A stretch of DNA of 64,000 nucleotides from Catajapyx aquilonaris (Eukaryota): positions 1 through 64,000 of the forward strand of contig JYFJ02000322.1 of NCBI GenBank assembly GCA_000934665.2, in the 5' to 3' direction. A program made the translations under genes and the position numbers. Below are positions 25,001-40,000 of this stretch, one piece after another; the stretch's first letter is position 1; every line of letters begins with the position of its first letter. The notes under the pieces are model-generated. The model was not told the DNA's origin and made no database searches. It saw nothing but the letters and a program-made list of their open reading frames with translations.

Positions 25001-28000
25001 ATGCCGCTACCGGACTTGAAGCCAGATGGTCACTGCCCCTCGAAGTACAACTACACATGAACATACTGATGGGGGATTTCGCATGGAGGAGGAATTAAAT
25101 TCGGCTTGTAGGAAGTAAAAAAAAAAAGTGTCAGACTAACTAAGACATAGTCAGGATTTGTTTGTCTGAAACTTTTTTTTTGGACGTAGGGAATTAAGGG
25201 AAAATTAAACAAGTGGATTTTTTACTCGATGTGCATCAGGTAATTGGGGAATTTGCAAATTTTTGATATTTTCACCTGCAATTTTACGTTTGTATTCATT
25301 TACCTTTGTATCTTAAATTGAGGGGATGCAAATAAATACATTGGGGTGAATATTCATGTCTTGTTACTTATTGCAGATATCTCCTTATTTTCCATTCCAT
25401 GCAGTGTCGTTTTTACCAGCCGAACAACGTTGTTAGGACGGTAATGAAACAACAGGTTGTCATGAAAAACCAGGGAATTATTGTGTTTGAAATGAAAGAA
25501 AATTGAATGCATAAATTAACTCCAATTTAGTGCACAGATTTGACTGGAGGCAGGATGTGTCTTCAGACCACGATTTGATTATTATTCTTTAAAAAAAATG
25601 AACGATATTATTTCAGGTCATTCCGGCCCGACTTCGTGCTCATACGACAAAACTTACGTGACGCCGGAGAAAATAACAAGAACATTCTTCTAGGATTCAA
25701 ATTCGGGGGCGTACCCAGCATCAATTCCCTCAACGCCATATACAACTTCCAGGTAAGAACTACAATAATTTACATCTTCCTTTTTGCATCCTAGAGCACG
25801 ATATAATGACGGAAAACATTTTTTTACCATTGTAAATTTTGCAGAAAATACAGCCACTTTTCCATCCAAATTATAATGCTAAATGTATTTAGAGACACGT
25901 GAAAAGTAGACTTCGGGTTTCGTGTACTTGACAAGAAGCAAACAGGAAATCCTTATTAACAATGGCTGTATGACCATAAAGTGGAAACAAAAAAATCCGG
26001 ATGTAACCCGTAACAAAATTACCTCTAACCTCATTTAGACAGTAAGATGGACAAATAAATTCAGTGCATGAATCTGGACTGTGCCTAACTAACTTACGAG
26101 CGAAAAATCCGGACTGGATACGAATTCAATAAAGGTAGTCCGATAATGCAATGAGTCACAAACGAAAATGTCCTTTCTCATCAATAGTTGATGAGAAAAA
26201 GGATTAGCGTAAACCATTAAATTAGAGAACAGATGTGATAGATTAGTCACGTAAGCATGATTAACGATGGTTCTGGCCAATGTTTTCCAATAAATTTCGA
26301 CCCATGCAGTTGGGCAGAAAAATTTGTACATTTTAGAGTGCTTTGGCCTTTCGTCTCACTGCAATGCATGTCTGATGTATTTTTAGGACAAGCCATGGGT
26401 GTTTGCGCATTTACTTCAGCTTCAGAGAAGACTGGGCAAGGATCAGTTTCCACTTATCGACCAGACCTACTATCCCAACCATCGGGAAATGGTAAGTGCC
26501 ACTCACCTCGCAAAGTGTGTGCCCTACATCGTGCTTCATGTACTCCCCACACTTACGTTAGACCAAACCTTTTCATTGTATTTTTAGTACCGTTCAGCAA
26601 TGGCGTACTTTCACTCTTAAGGCTCACCCTGAAGTGCAGGGTATAAAGTTATTTAACTGACCAAGAGCAAATTTCTTTTTTTCACAAACGAGTCGCGTCT
26701 CACTCCTTAGCATGTGTATTATAAAGCATGTTTTGCTCGTATCGTGAGGATCGTGCATATTTATTCAGAGTAGTTACATATATATGATCGTCGGCACATA
26801 CAAAATATGAAATAAGTATTTCACATAAAGTGCTGAACATTTCACCATATCTGATATTAATTTTTCTGTAGAAATTTCAATATGAAGGGTATAACAAGCT
26901 AGAGCTGATAAACCGAATGTGGATTATTCCCAAAGTAATAAAAATGTTACTTACATGTTCGAATCAGTGAGTAGTCCAAAGTGCCAGAGCTGCTTTTGCT
27001 TGTTATACTACGGCCATTATTTGATTATAATATGTAGCCTACACATATCAGTGTGTTTAGTTTGAAAACCTCCCTTTGAGCATTTTTGTGTGCAGTTATT
27101 TTTTTTATATCGTAATGCCTTTAGAGATTCACTCACGAGAAACGAGATCGAGCCAATTCCATTAGGCACTGGAAATTGATATCCAGATCCAGCACCAGCA
27201 TCAAAGAATGCCAGGCCTGGAAAAGTAGGGCACAGCCGTAAGAGAAAATAATAGGTGCATGAATATTGAACCAGCAATACCAATGGATCCGTGTGATTGA
27301 AGATCACTTCGGATGTGAAACGAGGCCTATTCAGAAGAACTGAATAGATAAATGCATTTTGATAAGAGGAAGAAAAATACGAGATGCAAAAACTTGCATA
27401 TAAACTAATATATTAGTGCTGTATACGTATTGATTGGTAGGACTGAAAATAAAACTTGTAAGGAAATCACTACCATACGACACGAAAAAAAAAATGTTAG
27501 AGGAAATGCTCTAGGAAAAATTAGAGTTTTGTTCCTTATTTTAGTGATGGCAGAACTGGCCTTAAGTGAAAATAAATTCCAACAATATTGTGGAGATTCA
27601 CATTTTATTAGCTCAACATCATTGTTAGCATTGTACAACAATGATCAATATAATATATAGAAACTAATCTGTATGTGGAATAAAATTGTGTCAGAAGAAT
27701 AACTTTGCTTGGTCTATACCTAACTAATGAACACAGGTTTTTGTCAAGTGAAGTATATATACATACAGTACAAGTTCATAATGCCAGGTACTCTACCGAC
27801 TTTTTCCAATCAAGATGTCCATAAATGCAAACTGACTTTGACACACGTGCATCCAAAATTTGCAACATGTTATTCACCTGTCAGTCGACCTATCTTGTCC
27901 CAAAGTTTCACAGTCACATCCAAGGAGCTTGGGAAGGATTTAACCGCATTAAAACGATTCTGCATGTCTTATGGCGATGTTGAGAGCACGTTTCTCAAAG

Positions 28001-31000
28001 ACGAAGCGGTGCAGTCGCCCGAGAGTAATATATCGACAACTTAACGAAGGAAAATTGGGGGGCTCATTTCTAATCTTTTGAGTCAATCCGAAGTTGGAGC
28101 ACCCAGTGGAAATAAAGCTGTGGAGACATGCGCATAATTATAGCTTTTCGTGTCAAAATATCACTGTTTCATTGTTTAATTATACGAGAAGGCGCCTTTT
28201 ACGTTTAATCAGATATATCGTTTCGAATGCAAATATGGACAGCCCGCAAGATATTTTTTTGTAGTAATCACGCGAGTCTATAATACAGAATACATACCAA
28301 AATTACTTATTTTATCAAACTACCCGCATAATAAGAGTACTGTAATTGGGGCTATTGATGTATATTGCTACAATCTAGACTGAAATTTCTGTAAAATAAG
28401 AGTAGACCTATTCAATGCGCATTAGTGTGATATTATTTCAATGAAGCATAAGGATATTGCCGTGCTGAGAATATACCAATAAGTAATATGTTGTGCAAAA
28501 AAATAACTTAGCGCGTAACTGCTACAATGTGCCATCTGTAGTGGTATAGGCTATTTACTAAAACATCACAAATTAAGTGTAATAATTTTTTTGCAGTATT
28601 TAATTTTTATTCCAGATTACTCCAATCAGATCTTTATTTCCTTCATCCCAACACAAAAATAATATTGACACGGTTTTTCGTGAGACTGCATTGATTTAAA
28701 TAACCTAAAAGTCAGCAGGCTACTACGAGATTTTAAATATTGACATACTGTATATAAGGCAATGTTTTTTTTAATTATTTATTTTGTATACTGATACCAA
28801 GACTTTGGTCCGTGCACTTTGTAGCAGACAGGAAATACCCCACTCTATAGCAGCCACACAATGAGGCATCAACAATGGCTGACATTTTTTTTTCTTCTAT
28901 AAAAATTGGATAGTTGAGAGTGTGGGGTTGGTGATGCGGATTTTCTTCAAGGCTCGTTGGCGATTCTTTCTTCCTTGGCCAGTCGACGCATCTTCATGCA
29001 CTGTCGGTACCGCCGGGAGTCGGCCCATTGGCACTTCCCGTCGTCGTGTCTGACGCAGAAGCTGTGCTGCCTCTGGCAGTCCATTTGGCTGCCTCCCCAG
29101 GCCGTCTCCCAGGGGCACATGTGAGGCGACACGGGGCATTGTTGCCACCACGAGCACTGCAGGATCTACAATCCAAAGAGACAATAATGTTACACATAAA
29201 CTCACTGCAGAGCAATGCGGAATGGGCATAAAAATCCCTGCTGGAGTAAGATGGATGGTGCCCGAAGCATTACCCACAGGGATAGAAAATGAGCTAAACG
29301 TTTGATGTCTTGCAACCGGAGGCGTAGCCTACCGCTAATTAGTAGGAAACGGCATTGCAGTGAGGGATGTGATGGGAAATAATGGTCTCTGAAGACTCAT
29401 TGTGTCCTTCATGTGGTGTCTGACAGATTCGAGCTGCGATGCAGGTGGAACAATACGCGAACTTTAATTATGGGCCAAATTATAATGGATCTATAGGGAT
29501 TGGTATGCTGACTTTCGTGGTTTCATCTTTGTGTAACATATCTCTTGATATCGAACTGAAATATTTGTCAAAAAATGCGATATAATGCTGCTCTAAAATA
29601 ACTTAGAAATGGCGCGAAACAAATTATTACATTTTCCGTGTTCAGGCGTCTATTCAGTTTCTGTTTAAGCTCACATTGATACCTTTTTTTCGTACAGGAA
29701 ACACAGTACAGTATCTCTAGATAGGGCGTGGGTGATGCCAAATGAATTGAATCTCTACAATCTCTTTGAAGGGGGTCAGAAATAAAATCATGAGAGTGGA
29801 ACTCTATAGGAGAAATGAAAATACTGCGTGGGTAGTTTCGCACTTTTTATATATCCCGTTTGTGATTAGAAAGAGACCGCTTTTAGTGTGCGGATAGGTC
29901 GAGTGCTTTCATCCCTCAAAGCTTGGCAAACAATAACTCAGATTGCTCAGTCCTAGTCTCTCGGGAAAGGATTTTCAGAGAAGAAAAAAAATTGGCATTT
30001 CATCTCTATAGACATTTCGCGTAAAGTACAGTACTACATGCTGACTGAAAATTAAAGCTGTGTAGTTGGGTAAGATGCTACGCATAACCGGGTTAAATAG
30101 GTGTAGAAATGTTTATTTTCCTCTCGCTATTTTGGGTTTGGCACAGCCAGGGTCGCGTAATTACCGGCGTTTTTAACAGCGCGATAATTACAGCTGCACG
30201 TGAGCCAAAACCAAGACCGGCATGGCCCATAATTATACATTACCTCCTTGTCGTGATGTAGCCTCCAAGTTGGGCAAAAGCACACAGCACACCGCTCTCG
30301 AAAGTGTACATTTTACGAACCATTAGCAAACGCACTCTGTCACATCCGAGTTCACAGTAACATTCCCGCACGTCCGGGTGCGACGAAGAGTGAAACAGTG
30401 CGTGGTTCCGGAAACAACAAAGTTTTACAACCGTACAGTATGTACTAAACTTTTTTGACATGACTTTTTAAACCCACGAATGCATACCTTGCACTTGCAT
30501 CCTTGTCTGTAGAGCAGGCGGAATCCCTTCCTCTCTTTGATGCTGAGCTCGTTCCATTGTCGATGGTACCCGCAGAGGGACATCCATGGCTTACCCCTGA
30601 CCAGCGATCCGGCCAGCACGTACCGACCACCTTTCTCCAGAAACACACCGCAGAGAGATTCGTGTGGGGCTGTGTACAGACGCCCTGCCTTTAGGGCCAT
30701 ACTTGCCTTTAAGCTCACCTGCATTAGAAAGAAGAAAAAAGAAGGGATAAGACAAATGGAGGTTTGAAGTCACGTGAGAGTTTGGATTGAATCAATTAGT
30801 TGCGCAGGAAGGCGCTTGGGTCATTTGCATAATCAAACGAGGATATGATGGATCGGCCTTGCGATTCACAAGTGCTCTGAAGAGTTTGGCCTCTGTTGCT
30901 TCGTAGTTTTAAAATAGGCCTTGGCTCGCCTACTAAGGAGGCTAATAGCAAATGTTTTGATTATGCCCACAGTCTGCTTCCACATCAAGTGCTATTGACC

Positions 31001-34000
31001 TACCTACATGTCTGCTGTTGGGCCAACTATACACATGGAAAATCAACCAATGCAAGTGACGATCAGAATATTTCCACATGATTTACACTGTCGGTAAACA
31101 ATGGCCGTGTTTGCGGACAGCAGAATCATAGTGCAGGGCAACTGCTGGCAACAATTCGTCAAAATGAAATATTCAACCCGCAGTCAATTACTCTAGTCCG
31201 CTGTCACGTCGGTCATGTGTTTTCTGTCTGGGCGGAACACTGGTGAAGTATCCAGGCCAAGTTTGGCATAATTGCAAAATTTCTCATGCCCTAATTGACA
31301 TGTTTCTCTCTGCAGTAATAAGCAGTAACTGAAATCAGAGCCGCAACTTTTGGACCACCCTGCACGATTCGAGTGTCATTTAGGATATCGCACGTCGACA
31401 GCCTGCACTTTTTGCACGATCATGAAGCATCGTAACCGCTCTCGAAGCCCCTGGGAAATGGTGGTCTGGCGCAGTGTTTAAAAAAAAAAAGCGGGCGGGT
31501 TCGAAAATATACCGTCGGTTGAAGAATATAAGGAGCGCGCGTGAGAAGGGTCTTCAGTACGGCATTAATCATACGGATGTCTAATTCCGCCTCCTTAGCT
31601 TCCAGTGTTGACTCCAACCCGATGCCGAAAGCGTCCGTGTGTCTGGCCTGACTTATGAACAGTCAGGCCGTCATAAATTTGCAGGATTGAAATAATTTTT
31701 CAGGCATGCTCTCTGGTATAGTCAACACCATTTTTGAAATATATATAAAAAAGAGGCGACGCGACGGTTCTCCAGTATACTCACTTTGAACTCCTTCTTT
31801 ATCCTGATCTTGAAGAAAGCGTTGTCTCCGTACTTGACAGCCTTTTGTACCGTTGCTAGCACCACTGAAATTGCAATAGGCTCTATTAGTAGTCGGGTCG
31901 CATTTGGGGTGGGTTGGAATGATGGGAACATATTATATTAGAGGCGTCATTTTCCAAGAGGATATTTGTATTCTGAGCCTGCACCAAGATCACACCTAGC
32001 AGCAATCCCCGTCCATCAATCCTCTGACGCAAAATGGTGTTGGCATGTCGTGTTAACGCCCCCTGTTTACTATGGCACTGGGTGTCCCTTTAGGGTAGTT
32101 AGGAGAATTTTGCGGGTTCTTAATTTTTTAACTGGAATCCTACAAGCCGGCGACGGAAACTATGAATATTGAGCAGTATAGCACAATTTTGGAAAATATA
32201 GTGCAAATTTGTATAAAAGGATTCCTAGAGCTATACGGCCTACTTTAACAAGTAAGTGTACAATGGATTAAAATTGCATACTATCTATACTCTATAGCAT
32301 TGACTATTTCAAAGGCTAGTACAGAGAGTATTTCGATCTTTGTCTGATTCTGTGTACTGACTGGTTTGATCCTGTGCATACAGTATAAGTCACGTAGAGG
32401 CGTGCGAAATGCAACTGGCTGTCAGATTAAGTCGAACTGAAAAATTGTAATAAGATCTTTAATATGCACGTGAATGTTCCTGGTCTTGACTTTTCTTTTC
32501 GCCTGCGGTTATATGCTCGTCCAGTGGGATTAAATCGAGCAATTAATCAAGCGAAAAACGAGATTTTTAACAGAGCGATTTTTAAATGCGACGTGATGTC
32601 AGATTCACACAGGAAGCAGAGTGTAATCAATTTTATAATCACCATAAAATATTGCCATTTTTGCTAATTTTGGTATTCGCTATTAGCGAGCTGCGAATGA
32701 ATACACTGCACATAATTAAAGCGAGCACTTATTTATAATGGGCAGCGCACTAGCCAGGTAATGAAATATTAAATGGAGAGAACTAACAGCCTTCTTTTCA
32801 CAGTGCATAATAAAATGGGTCGCATTTTTAGCCGAACTCTCCCGTATAAATGCGTGTGCCATCGCGTGAGGTCAGAATTCCCAAAGAGATGTGGCGTGTT
32901 TCGAAGCCATATCCGTGCACTTTACAACACTCCCTTCGTACTTACACCTTATACAATGAGGGTGCACGCACATGCACGCACAATACGCACACACCTTGTG
33001 GGAGGTCATCACAACACACTTATGCATGAAGGTCTTTGCCCGAAGCCATTATATCAAAAGCCGCGCCTTATTTCGCACAAAAGAAAAAAAAAAGTCAGGC
33101 GTATGTCATGTTGCAGCATTAGTATTTTGGCGGGTAATTTGGAAAAAGTCGTTGGGGTGTCAGGATTTTTCGGATAAGAGGTGAGGAGAGAGTAGCCCTC
33201 CTTTTTTTATTGTTGGGCCCAGGAATGTTATTCGCTATGGGCGACAAGGATTTGTGTTTTTTTATAGTGTGGACTGGTTCGCAAATGTTTGCGCGGCAGT
33301 GCCAATTAGCGGGTCGTTAAATTCGGGTTATGAGGATCAAATTGCTTGCGGAGGTGCGGGGTTGAAAAAAAAGGGGACAATAATGTATAGGCTACTGTGA
33401 TGGTTCAAGGCGAATTGTAATTTGCTCAAAAGCCTGTGTACAGTGGGTGAAACTATTAATCAATGGCATGCAGATCTTGCACTGTGACTGTATTACGTAC
33501 GTACACTGCATTATTGTCATATCAATGGGTGTAAGCTGCTGGAATTTCTATTGAAGGTCGTAGGGTCAACAGAATTTGAACTTTACTTGGCACTGAACGA
33601 GTGCAATAATGACGATGGATTATTACAGTTCGGGAGACGTCTGGGGAATTATCTTGAGGCAAGCCTAGACGTGACCTGAAATTCCCAAGTTTTCTTTAGG
33701 TTCAGCATACTGTAGAAGGAACGACAGAAGCGTCTAGGTTCATGTTACGTAACAGGAGTCGAATGGCTTTTTCTTCACAATTTCGTGCACCGGTGAGCAC
33801 TTGAAGAATTCTGAAGATGGATCGGGTCCGGTTGCAGCCGTACTTAAGACGTTGCTGAATTGCAGGAAATGTACGAACGAGAACGTATATATGGACGGAA
33901 GTTCAAAGGAAACTGATACCCTATCCAAATCCTTAGCCAACGATAAAGTACACCTGCACTGTTTCTGCGCCTCATTATCTTAATGATGTGTAAAGTAGAG

Positions 34001-37000
34001 CTGTGTATGGGTCCGCATTAATATCCCGCAGTCGTGTTACGTTAGTTGAAAAGGTTCTGGCTTTGCACTCTGCCCACCGACATGGCCAGCACGCATTAGT
34101 ATGTCTTCTCATGAGCCAGGATTGATTGCCAAGGCAGCCAACCGCACCGAAAAAGCGTCGGACCATCCGTCAATATTTGAGGTTGGCATGGCCTGCATTA
34201 ACGCGACGTTGTTCTGTCCCCCGGGATGCTGTGTTGGAAAAGAACTGCGACTGTGGTTGGCTGGGCTTCTGGTGATGCTGAGCTGATGATGGTCATTTCC
34301 TCTGGAGGGGTCCATTCAAGGCCCCCCACAGACTACTCTTCCTTCCTGCCACAATTTTCCAATCAGGCTTCGACACTCAACTACCTTAACCTAACATGGT
34401 AACGTCGCTGTTGCTGCCTGACCCAGCACATTTTTTTTGCGACGATGCGTGAACCCCATAAAGCACACGCTTTTGTGCACCTGATATTGTTGTACAGCCA
34501 TGCAATTATGCAGAAAACAGAAGACCCTCTTTTTTAATAGCGGATGTATCACAGGTTCAATTAGCTTGCTTCAATTGATCATCCTTTGTGACGGAACATT
34601 AATGCAGCCGATGCGTGACGAAGAGCACTGTAACTCTATTACTGCTCTATGCTAATTTTTAGAGAGGGATACTTACTAGATAACAATAGGTGCATGGACC
34701 CGTAAAGTTGCACACACGTAGATTAGAATCAGAAGTGCCTTCAGCAGACCCCCATCTCTTGTCATGTCAAGGGGGGGTCTTTTGCAAAAGCCAGTTTCTG
34801 TTTTAGGATCCGGAGTATCTGATGGCGCCATCTTCACGCAACAGTGGCCTTACAAAAACCGCATATCTCCATCCAATCTGGCCCACTTTAAATTTCTCCT
34901 TTGATCCTGGCCAGGGTAACTTGTTGCTTCCGCATGCAAACTGACGCGGTTTGAGGTTTTTTTAAAGTGTTGATGCACGGGATCCATTAACCCTATAAAC
35001 TCGTGTGTAATCCAGGTGAACTATATCATTTGACTCAATTAGTACGCCGACTATTGGCTGGGTACACACGGGCGTCGTCGTCTGTTCTTGTCGTTGTCCG
35101 ATGTACTCGACATATTCAATTTACACACTAGTTTGTGACTATATATTTTTTTTCTGACTTTTTTACGAGCTATGCAAATTGACCTTATACGACTGAGGCT
35201 CATTCCAAATGCGAAGGAGCCCCTCAGCAATTCTCATTTAAGACTGACTGATAATTTACATACTAATGTGAGTGGAAGTACTACATGCAACTTAATTATA
35301 CTAAGTTGTTAGTGTGTTGGAGGCAAATCTGACATAACAAGGTAGTCATTTGTTGATAAGGACCTGCTGTGCCTGTGGGCCCACTATAATATTTTGAACT
35401 CCCTGGAGAGAATTTAAGTTCATATCATGCAGCCTTATGACTTTAACATTCCAAACCGTTGAAACCGTACTCATTGTTTAAGTAAGGCGGTCGGCTTACT
35501 TTAGACGTTGCATCACTTCAGGGCGTTAATTTTTCTCGTGACCTTACCTCGACAATTACGTAATCACAAAAATCTTCAAGGGGACACCCACGTGACATAG
35601 TCCAGTATTATAAATTATAGAACGTAGTAAACCCCTACCCACATATACGGTGCAGTTCAAACATACCATTCAACTTCACAGTGTAGACACTTTTGATCAT
35701 GCGATAAATATACTAATATAGAGAGCTACATTGTGATGTACAGGAGTAAAAAAGGGTTTTACCGAAGTCTGCCTTGCAGAAGTGCTCTTGCGGGTGTTGC
35801 ATTGTACAGGAACAGGCCGCTGCCAACCTTAAGGTCAGTCCTAGGCCCAGGAGAACTGACAGTAACCACTGCCACTGACGCATCGCAGTTGATCTGTCAA
35901 AGAAAAAATAATAATATAAATACCTTGTCAAGCTAAATTGCTCAATTTTTCACTCAGGGCGTGTCCTAAAATAACACTGGATTAATGGCAAAATTGTGCA
36001 CCTTCAGTTCCAGGAATTTCAGCAATGTCCTTCTAACGTTTCCTTTTTTTGTGTGTGTCCATACATTACCGAGTTGACCACCTCCAGTACGTGCCCTGAC
36101 TCTGAAAGTGCCTCCGACAATCGCGATATATAGGCCATCCCCGTAGCACTTGGTGACATCTCAGGCCCCCTTAAATTCCCAGGCCAGAGGCGAACAAAAA
36201 GGACTGGGAGATAGGAGAGTACTGTTACCTACTCTACGTAATTGAGCCAAATCCCATCGCAATGTTCTAGGAGCTTGTGTTTCCAAACGGGACTGACATT
36301 AGGAGGTTGTACAGTATACCAGAAGTAATACTTAAACGGAATTTGCTCTTCCAACAGTTTCGTTTTGGTTTTAGTGCCCAGGAACAGTAACCTGGTCATG
36401 TCAAAGTGCCCTTCGAAAAATATTTGGGAACGTTTGGCTTTATGACCCAAGTGGCTCTCTCTTTTTTTAAAGAGATCGCTTTTACCACTTTCCTGAAGCG
36501 TAAGTGCGCAGTAATATTTAAGATGTACTTATTTTTAGAGTGAGGGAATAGCGGGATGGACATGCGGAAATGTGCTAAATGGCTGACAGCCAATCTGTTC
36601 GGGTCAGGAGAAATTCCATTGAATTCAATGACAGTTAGTGCAATGGCCACTTTATATTTTAAAAAATAAAATATTTCGCCACCAGCTAACGACAAAATCT
36701 TGTTACATCTCCCTAATTCTTCAAACAGGAAAAGTATGTAGTACTAAGCACTTTTATGGCCCATTATAATTCCACAGTTCTAAACAAACAGTAGCTGCTT
36801 GTTCATGTAACGCACGTACTGTAGGCCAGTGTTATTGTACTGCGACTCACATTTTAAAAAAAAAACTTGCGAGACAAGTAAGCTATTATTTCACGTGACA
36901 GTGTTGTTCTTATCTTTCCTTAAAGCCTACAAAGAAAAACCTGTATTGCTATTGCTCGTGCTGCCATAAATTCTGACCTGATCATCTATACAATGCCGGG

Positions 37001-40000
37001 TTTTTAGTGAGCATAATAAATTGGGTTAACATAAACCAGGAGGCGTTTCACGGAATGTCAAATAACATGTTCCATAATATTATCTTTGGGTGACAAAAAT
37101 TATTTAAAATTTAATACACTTTAATCTGCTGCAATGTAACAGATAAATCAAACTTACATATTTGAGGCATGAGTAATGGAATGAATTAATCCACATTTCT
37201 CGACAACTTTGTGCAGACTTGTCGTGGTTAGGAAAACTTGTCTCACTTATCAAACAGTCTGTGTGTATACCTACCTCTATAGGAAGGAAACAGCTGCTGT
37301 GTCAGGCAGGTTTTGACAAATTATTGTTCCAAACTTGCTCCGGTGATAATCGTTGTTCGCTGAAGGTGGAGTAAAAATGCGTGAAAGCCTTTCGCACAAA
37401 TCCCTTTTGGAGCAATGAGGCCGTTGAGCTTCCGGACTTGCTAAGCCGGTATTCAAATCACTTTAGGTGTGGCGATATGCATCATGACTAACTTCCTTTG
37501 TGGTAATACACTATTGACAAATAATGTCTACCTACACCTGATTTTTTAAACACCTACTTGATACGTTACATAAATCTTTGCAGAAGGTCATTAGTCATAA
37601 AAGTACGTATAAGCCCATTTTCTTAAACGGATAGAGATGACTACTTAGCAACTTGCAATCAATAGGGGTTAAATTTTTTTTAAAGGAATCGTCGTAGCAA
37701 TTCAACGCATAGTTACTATTTTATGCACGAAACCTAACACCATTTAGCATGACAGGCTCGAAAAATATATTCCAACGTACACACAGCCACTCTGGAGCAT
37801 TCTTTAGAGACTCTCTCTCCTGTCAACCCCTACCCACTGTGCCTTATTGAAAGAAACCGGTTGTTGGAGGAAAAAAAATATCTCCGCTGCCATATAAATT
37901 GAGTGACAGTAATTGAAAGCGGATCTACACATAATGATTTTGGAGGGAGCCCCCCCTCAAGTTTTTCTTTGCCTTTGACTAGGAACACCTTTCTCCCACC
38001 AATATAGTTAAAAAAAGAGGATTGAAAAGAATGTTGAATGAAAGCGCACAAATTGCGTGTGGCACAACTTAATAAAATGCGTAATAATTGAATTAGCAGA
38101 GAGAGGCCAGGACCTTGCGAGAAAGTCATAAATCATTGAATGTCAGTCGTAAGAAAAAATGCGTAACTGATGCCAAGGACCAATAGACAGGGTGTAAATG
38201 ACTCCTCTGGGGGATGACACAAAGGATGATCACATACGCAATTATCACCTTTCCTTTTGGTGGTTCTTCCGCGTTCCATTTTCTGCTTCGGAGGGATCTA
38301 GTTATCTCGCTCATTTATTTTAAGTGCCCTTCAACTCAAAATTGTTGCGACAGTCAAGTGGGCTACCGTCCAAACCACCAAAGAGACCGTCGGAGCCATT
38401 TCATTGAGCAATCAAGAGTGCGGGTTGTAAAGTGGTTTTGCGGAATGTGTTTGGTTCGAAGGGTACTTCACACGCACACGCATTTTTTGCAAATCCAGAG
38501 AACGGAATTTGCAGAGATGTGCTGTAATTTGCTCAATTTGCAGGCGGTGTTAAGATGACATTAAATATTAAAGGGAATATTTTAAAAAATAGAGCCTAAA
38601 TTTTGTACTTTATAGAGAAAAGGTGCATGGGGTCGTTTGCATTTATTATTGCAAAAAAAACGAGATGACAGACCAAAATTCTCAGTTGTTATGTGTTATT
38701 GTTGAGGTAGATTCCTGTTTTTATGGTTATTATCTTACTTCTTCAGTAAACTTTCCTTTCCTGTATGTTACCACACAATCTAGAGTATTTTTGATATTAT
38801 TTTTTTTCTTCCACACCGTTTGTTGTCGAATAGAGGAATATTATATGTCGTGCCCACATAGTTTTTTTTAAAAATCAGGCAATTTGGTATGCAAAGTGAA
38901 ACGCAGCCAGATAGTAAAATTCATCGTGGTACCGGCGTATATACGGTACATATGATGCACAGCTGATGAAACTTCGGTAAAACCCTTAACTTGAAGTCAA
39001 AGAACTGATAACAAGGAACAGAATGCAGTGAAAGCAAAGATGAAGGTAATTTTAAACCTTCCTCTCCAAGTGAGGATTATTATCGAAGTTTCACAGCATC
39101 GTTTTATTCTAATGAGAAGAAAGCAATTTACATAACAGGCGCAAAATTTCATTATCAGTTTGGACCACTGGGGGTATACCTGTAATTGCTGGGGATAGAA
39201 CCAAACAATATTTACAACCACTTAACAATGTAAAGCAAATTTAATTGGTGAGCTTAGCTTCAAATATTGGCCTTTTATCATGAAAATAATAGCCACCATT
39301 TTCATAACTTGGATTTGAAAAGCCTTTGCATTTGTCGCCTCTGTAACATTCATATTGTATAAAATTAATTGTCAAAAATGTACATTCTACTTATTCTATT
39401 CATTGTTGCAATGAAATGCAAGACAATTTTGCTTTTTGACTGCGTTTTGCTCTGTGATTGTTGAATTAGCCTGATATATATATTTTTACTATCTGGCTGC
39501 GACATATACACACGTTGGAATTGCATCATTCCATGTGTCCTCTTGCAGCTTCCACATTCATTGGAAGACTATGAACTGAACCAGTTCTTACAAGTCTTAA
39601 AACAGCGTCAGGTAAGACTTCTAGGCTCATTCTTTCTAGAATCGGTTTAGAAATTGAAGGTGAATTTTATTTATTATTGGGCACTAGGCCTAAAAATGTC
39701 TTAATTAGGGGGCAATTTGAAAATTTATTCAGAAATATCCTGCCCGGCGATTATGATTATAACCGCGAGTGGGAATATTTCAGGCAACTTTTGCTTTCAT
39801 AACTTGATTACAGTTTACTTTTGAATTAGTATAAACATTTCTAGCGTACTTGTTTCAATTGGCATTTTATATTGCAGCAAAAAACTTGAGCCTATAACTG
39901 TTGGCCTACCTTAACAGTATACAGTAAAATCCAGCTATTAATGTACTGTACCTAGCTGTTCTTTTATTTAGCCCGCATTCTTTTGTGAAAGTTAAATTTG

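Noticed and set aside
35894..35923. Nearby - strand donor giving a 30-nt intron upstream of the Timp ATG
   Set aside because: Too short for normal splicing. The donor at 36069 fits better.
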